Position numbers and translations under genes: made by a program. Positions 61,097 to 62,664 of a stretch of DNA of 62,664 nt are shown here, piece by piece; the stretch's first letter is position 1, and each line of letters starts with the position of its first letter. The stretch spans positions 1 to 62,664 of the forward strand of contig JAQWFB010000006.1 in NCBI GenBank assembly GCA_028704635.1, in the 5' to 3' direction. The notes under the pieces are model-generated. The model ran no database searches, was not told the origin of the DNA, and worked only from the letters and a program-made list of their open reading frames with translations. The stretch comes from Candidatus Shapirobacteria bacterium. GTDB taxonomy: Bacteria; Patescibacteriota; Microgenomatia; UBA12405.

Positions 61097-61812
61097 GTTA
61101 TATCTATCTTAAAAAAACACCACCAACTCCCAAAGCTAAGAAGTTAGCCCAAAAAAAAATATTAGCTCTTTCACTTTTATGTCTAGGGTTATTTTTTTTC
61201 GCCTCCGCCATTTTTCCTATTGTTAAATTCCAATTGCAATATTCCGTCAATTTTAATCAATTAATTAATCCATTGTCTCTTCAAAATTACAATAATTCTC
61301 AAAATATTTTAGGGTCAGCCACCACCGATTACACTCAAATTTCCAATTGGTTTGATTCAGATTCTTCCAATTCTAATCAAATTTTTTCTAACGATAAAAC
61401 TTTTACTTATCTTCTCTCTATTCCAAAATTAAAAATCAGCAACGCAGTTGTCACCGTTGGAAGTATGGATCTTAAAAAAAGTTTAATCCAATATCCTCAA
61501 ACTGCACTTCCAGGTCAATTAGGCAATACTGTTATTTTTGGACATTCTGTTCTACCTCAATTTTTCAATCCCAAGTCATATCTCACCATCTTTTCCACTC
61601 TCTACAAACTTGAACAAGGAGATGAAATTTTAATTGATTATGACAACGTTCAATACGAATATATTGTTGATGAAATGTTTGAAGTTAAACCCACCGATCT
61701 TTCGGTTTTAGAACAGCGTTTTGATCAAAAAAATTTAACACTCATCACCTGTAGCCCACCGGGGACATATCTTCGTCGTCTTATTATCAAAACTAGTCTT
61801 TCAGCCAAATAA
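61093..61812 (+). CDS. Sortase (cysteine transpeptidase)
   Basis: 239 aa with a GTG start and an N-terminal TM. The catalytic His is in TVIFGHSV, the Cys in LTLITCSPPG and the Arg in YLRRLII. Confidence 0.8.
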   Translation: MSYIYLKKTPPTPKAKKLAQKKILALSLLCLGLFFFASAIFPIVKFQLQYSVNFNQLINPLSLQNYNNSQNILGSATTDYTQISNWFDSDSSNSNQIFSNDKTFTYLLSIPKLKISNAVVTVGSMDLKKSLIQYPQTALPGQLGNTVIFGHSVLPQFFNPKSYLTIFSTLYKLEQGDEILIDYDNVQYEYIVDEMFEVKPTDLSVLEQRFDQKNLTLITCSPPGTYLRRLIIKTSLSAK

Positions 61813-62379
61813 AGTATTTATCAATTTAATTGATTCGATTTTATCTTCGTCATCCAACACTTCTAGCGTCAAATAATTTTGATAATTAATTTTATTTAAG
61901 AAATCAACTAATTTTTTAAAATCTAAATCACCTTTAAGATGAAGACCATAATGAGCCTTACCATTTTTAATGGCATTGTGAAAATGTATATCTTTAATTT
62001 TATCCTTATTATCGGTAATAAATTGATAAAAATCTTCACCATTTTGAATACAATGACCTATGTCCAGTGTGTAATTAATATTGGGAATTAATTTAGATAA
62101 ATTACCAAGTTCTTTAAGCATAGGGAAATGAATTTCAGCACCTCTACGAATAGGCATATTTTCAGTTGTTAAAATTATTTTTTCATTAGCATAATTAACT
62201 AACTTTTGAAAATTTTGTGAAAAAAATTCGCTAGCTTTTTTAGGAGTAGAATAAACAGGATATTTACCTGTATGAACGGTTATCAATTTGGCGTTTAAAG
62301 CAATAGATTGATCAATAGTTTTTTTAAGAATCTTAATACTAGCTTCATCGATCAATTTATGTCCAGAAACTAAAGACAT
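61801..62379 (-). CDS. Xylose-isomerase-like TIM-barrel protein (sugar phosphate isomerase/epimerase or AP endonuclease 2 family); true N-terminus probably further upstream
   Basis: ITVHTG, ENMP, LDIGH, IHFHNA and YLTLEV motifs. The same frame stays open up to 62634 and encodes SKLGCREQWLKD...LEIWLEAD...LIIHAPFTS, the expected N-terminal strands, with no ATG/GTG/TTG. Confidence 0.65.
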   Translation of the reverse strand: MSLVSGHKLIDEASIKILKKTIDQSIALNAKLITVHTGKYPVYSTPKKASEFFSQNFQKLVNYANEKIILTTENMPIRRGAEIHFPMLKELGNLSKLIPNINYTLDIGHCIQNGEDFYQFITDNKDKIKDIHFHNAIKNGKAHYGLHLKGDLDFKKLVDFLNKINYQNYLTLEVLDDEDKIESIKLINTLFG

Positions 62380-62664
62380 AGATGTAAAAGGAGCGTGAAT
62401 AATTAATTGATAATTAGATAATTGTTTTTTTAACCAGTTAATATCTTCCTGGGATAGATCAGCCTCTAACCAAATTTCTAAATGATCCAGCTCAGAGATA
62501 GTCTTAATAAAATTAATATCTTTTAACCATTGTTCTCTACACCCTAACTTAGAACCCCGATCGTAAGGTCGAGGGATGAAGTTAACCCTGAATCTTTTTG
62601 CTTGGGATTGAGATAAAATATGTAAGTTATGGAACTAGTCTCATTAAGCCATTGTGTTTATCAC

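Noticed and set aside
1-62664. Alternative genetic code (UGA recoding as in some CPR lineages)
   Set aside because: TGA ends gatA, the PilN-like ORF and the baseplate-J-like ORF at positions consistent with full-length proteins. Long conserved genes (dnaK, pnp, alaS, ftsK) contain no in-frame TGA. The standard code 11 explains all ORFs.
1-62664. tRNA, rRNA, tmRNA, RNase P or SRP RNA genes
   Set aside because: I inspected all intergenic gaps longer than 60 nt. None shows a cloverleaf-like set of GC-rich stems or conserved boxes. The only GC-rich noncoding segments are the palindromic repeats and terminators listed. A covariance-model scan would be needed for certainty.

Overview
This is a 62.7-kb, AT-rich, almost fully coding bacterial chromosome segment. 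I read it with the standard bacterial code, because TGA falls at the conserved ends of gatA and other genes.

The core content is housekeeping:
- Translation and RNA: metG (partial), rpsT, gatCAB, nusA-infB, rpsO-pnp, RNase J, proS, alaS.
- Chaperones: hrcA-grpE-dnaK-dnaJ with a CIRCE operator.
- Envelope and division: murJ, a FemX-like gene, a VanW-like gene, ftsK, a RodZ-like gene and a sortase.
- DNA metabolism: two UvrD-type helicases, dut, rmuC and pyrF.

Many housekeeping proteins are shortened, and there is a UbiA / GT-C / PAP2 / DUF2298 envelope cluster. Together these fit a reduced-genome, Gram-positive-type organism such as a Candidate Phyla Radiation (Microgenomates-like) bacterium. 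That taxonomic call is inference only. I found no rRNA, tRNA or CRISPR array.

Observations beyond ordinary annotation:
1. A perfect 20-bp direct repeat duplicates the 3' end of alaS and brackets a 3.4-kb islet. The islet carries a cupin / radical-SAM-SPASM / hexapeptide-repeat / aldo-keto-reductase operon of unknown product. The radical SAM gene is broken at a T7 run.
2. An IS200-like Y1 transposase (RAYT-like) co-occurs with a family of GC-rich 28-30 bp palindromes (GTAGAGACG...CGTCTCTAC). One copy lies inside the transposase gene itself. A sister 30-bp palindrome is inserted in the same reading phase in the pcrA/uvrD helicase.
3. A self-contained promoter-to-terminator cassette encodes tandem small hydrophobic ORFs. 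Two of them are preceded by an identical 33-nt A-rich leader.
4. At least 13 genes have a (TGn)TATAAT-like hexamer 5-7 nt upstream of the start codon and no Shine-Dalgarno sequence, which suggests leaderless mRNAs.
5. An orphan-gene island sits where rbfA/truB normally lie.
6. A Lon-like AAA+ protein lacks a protease domain.

All calls come from reading the sequence and ORF translations by eye. No database search was run.
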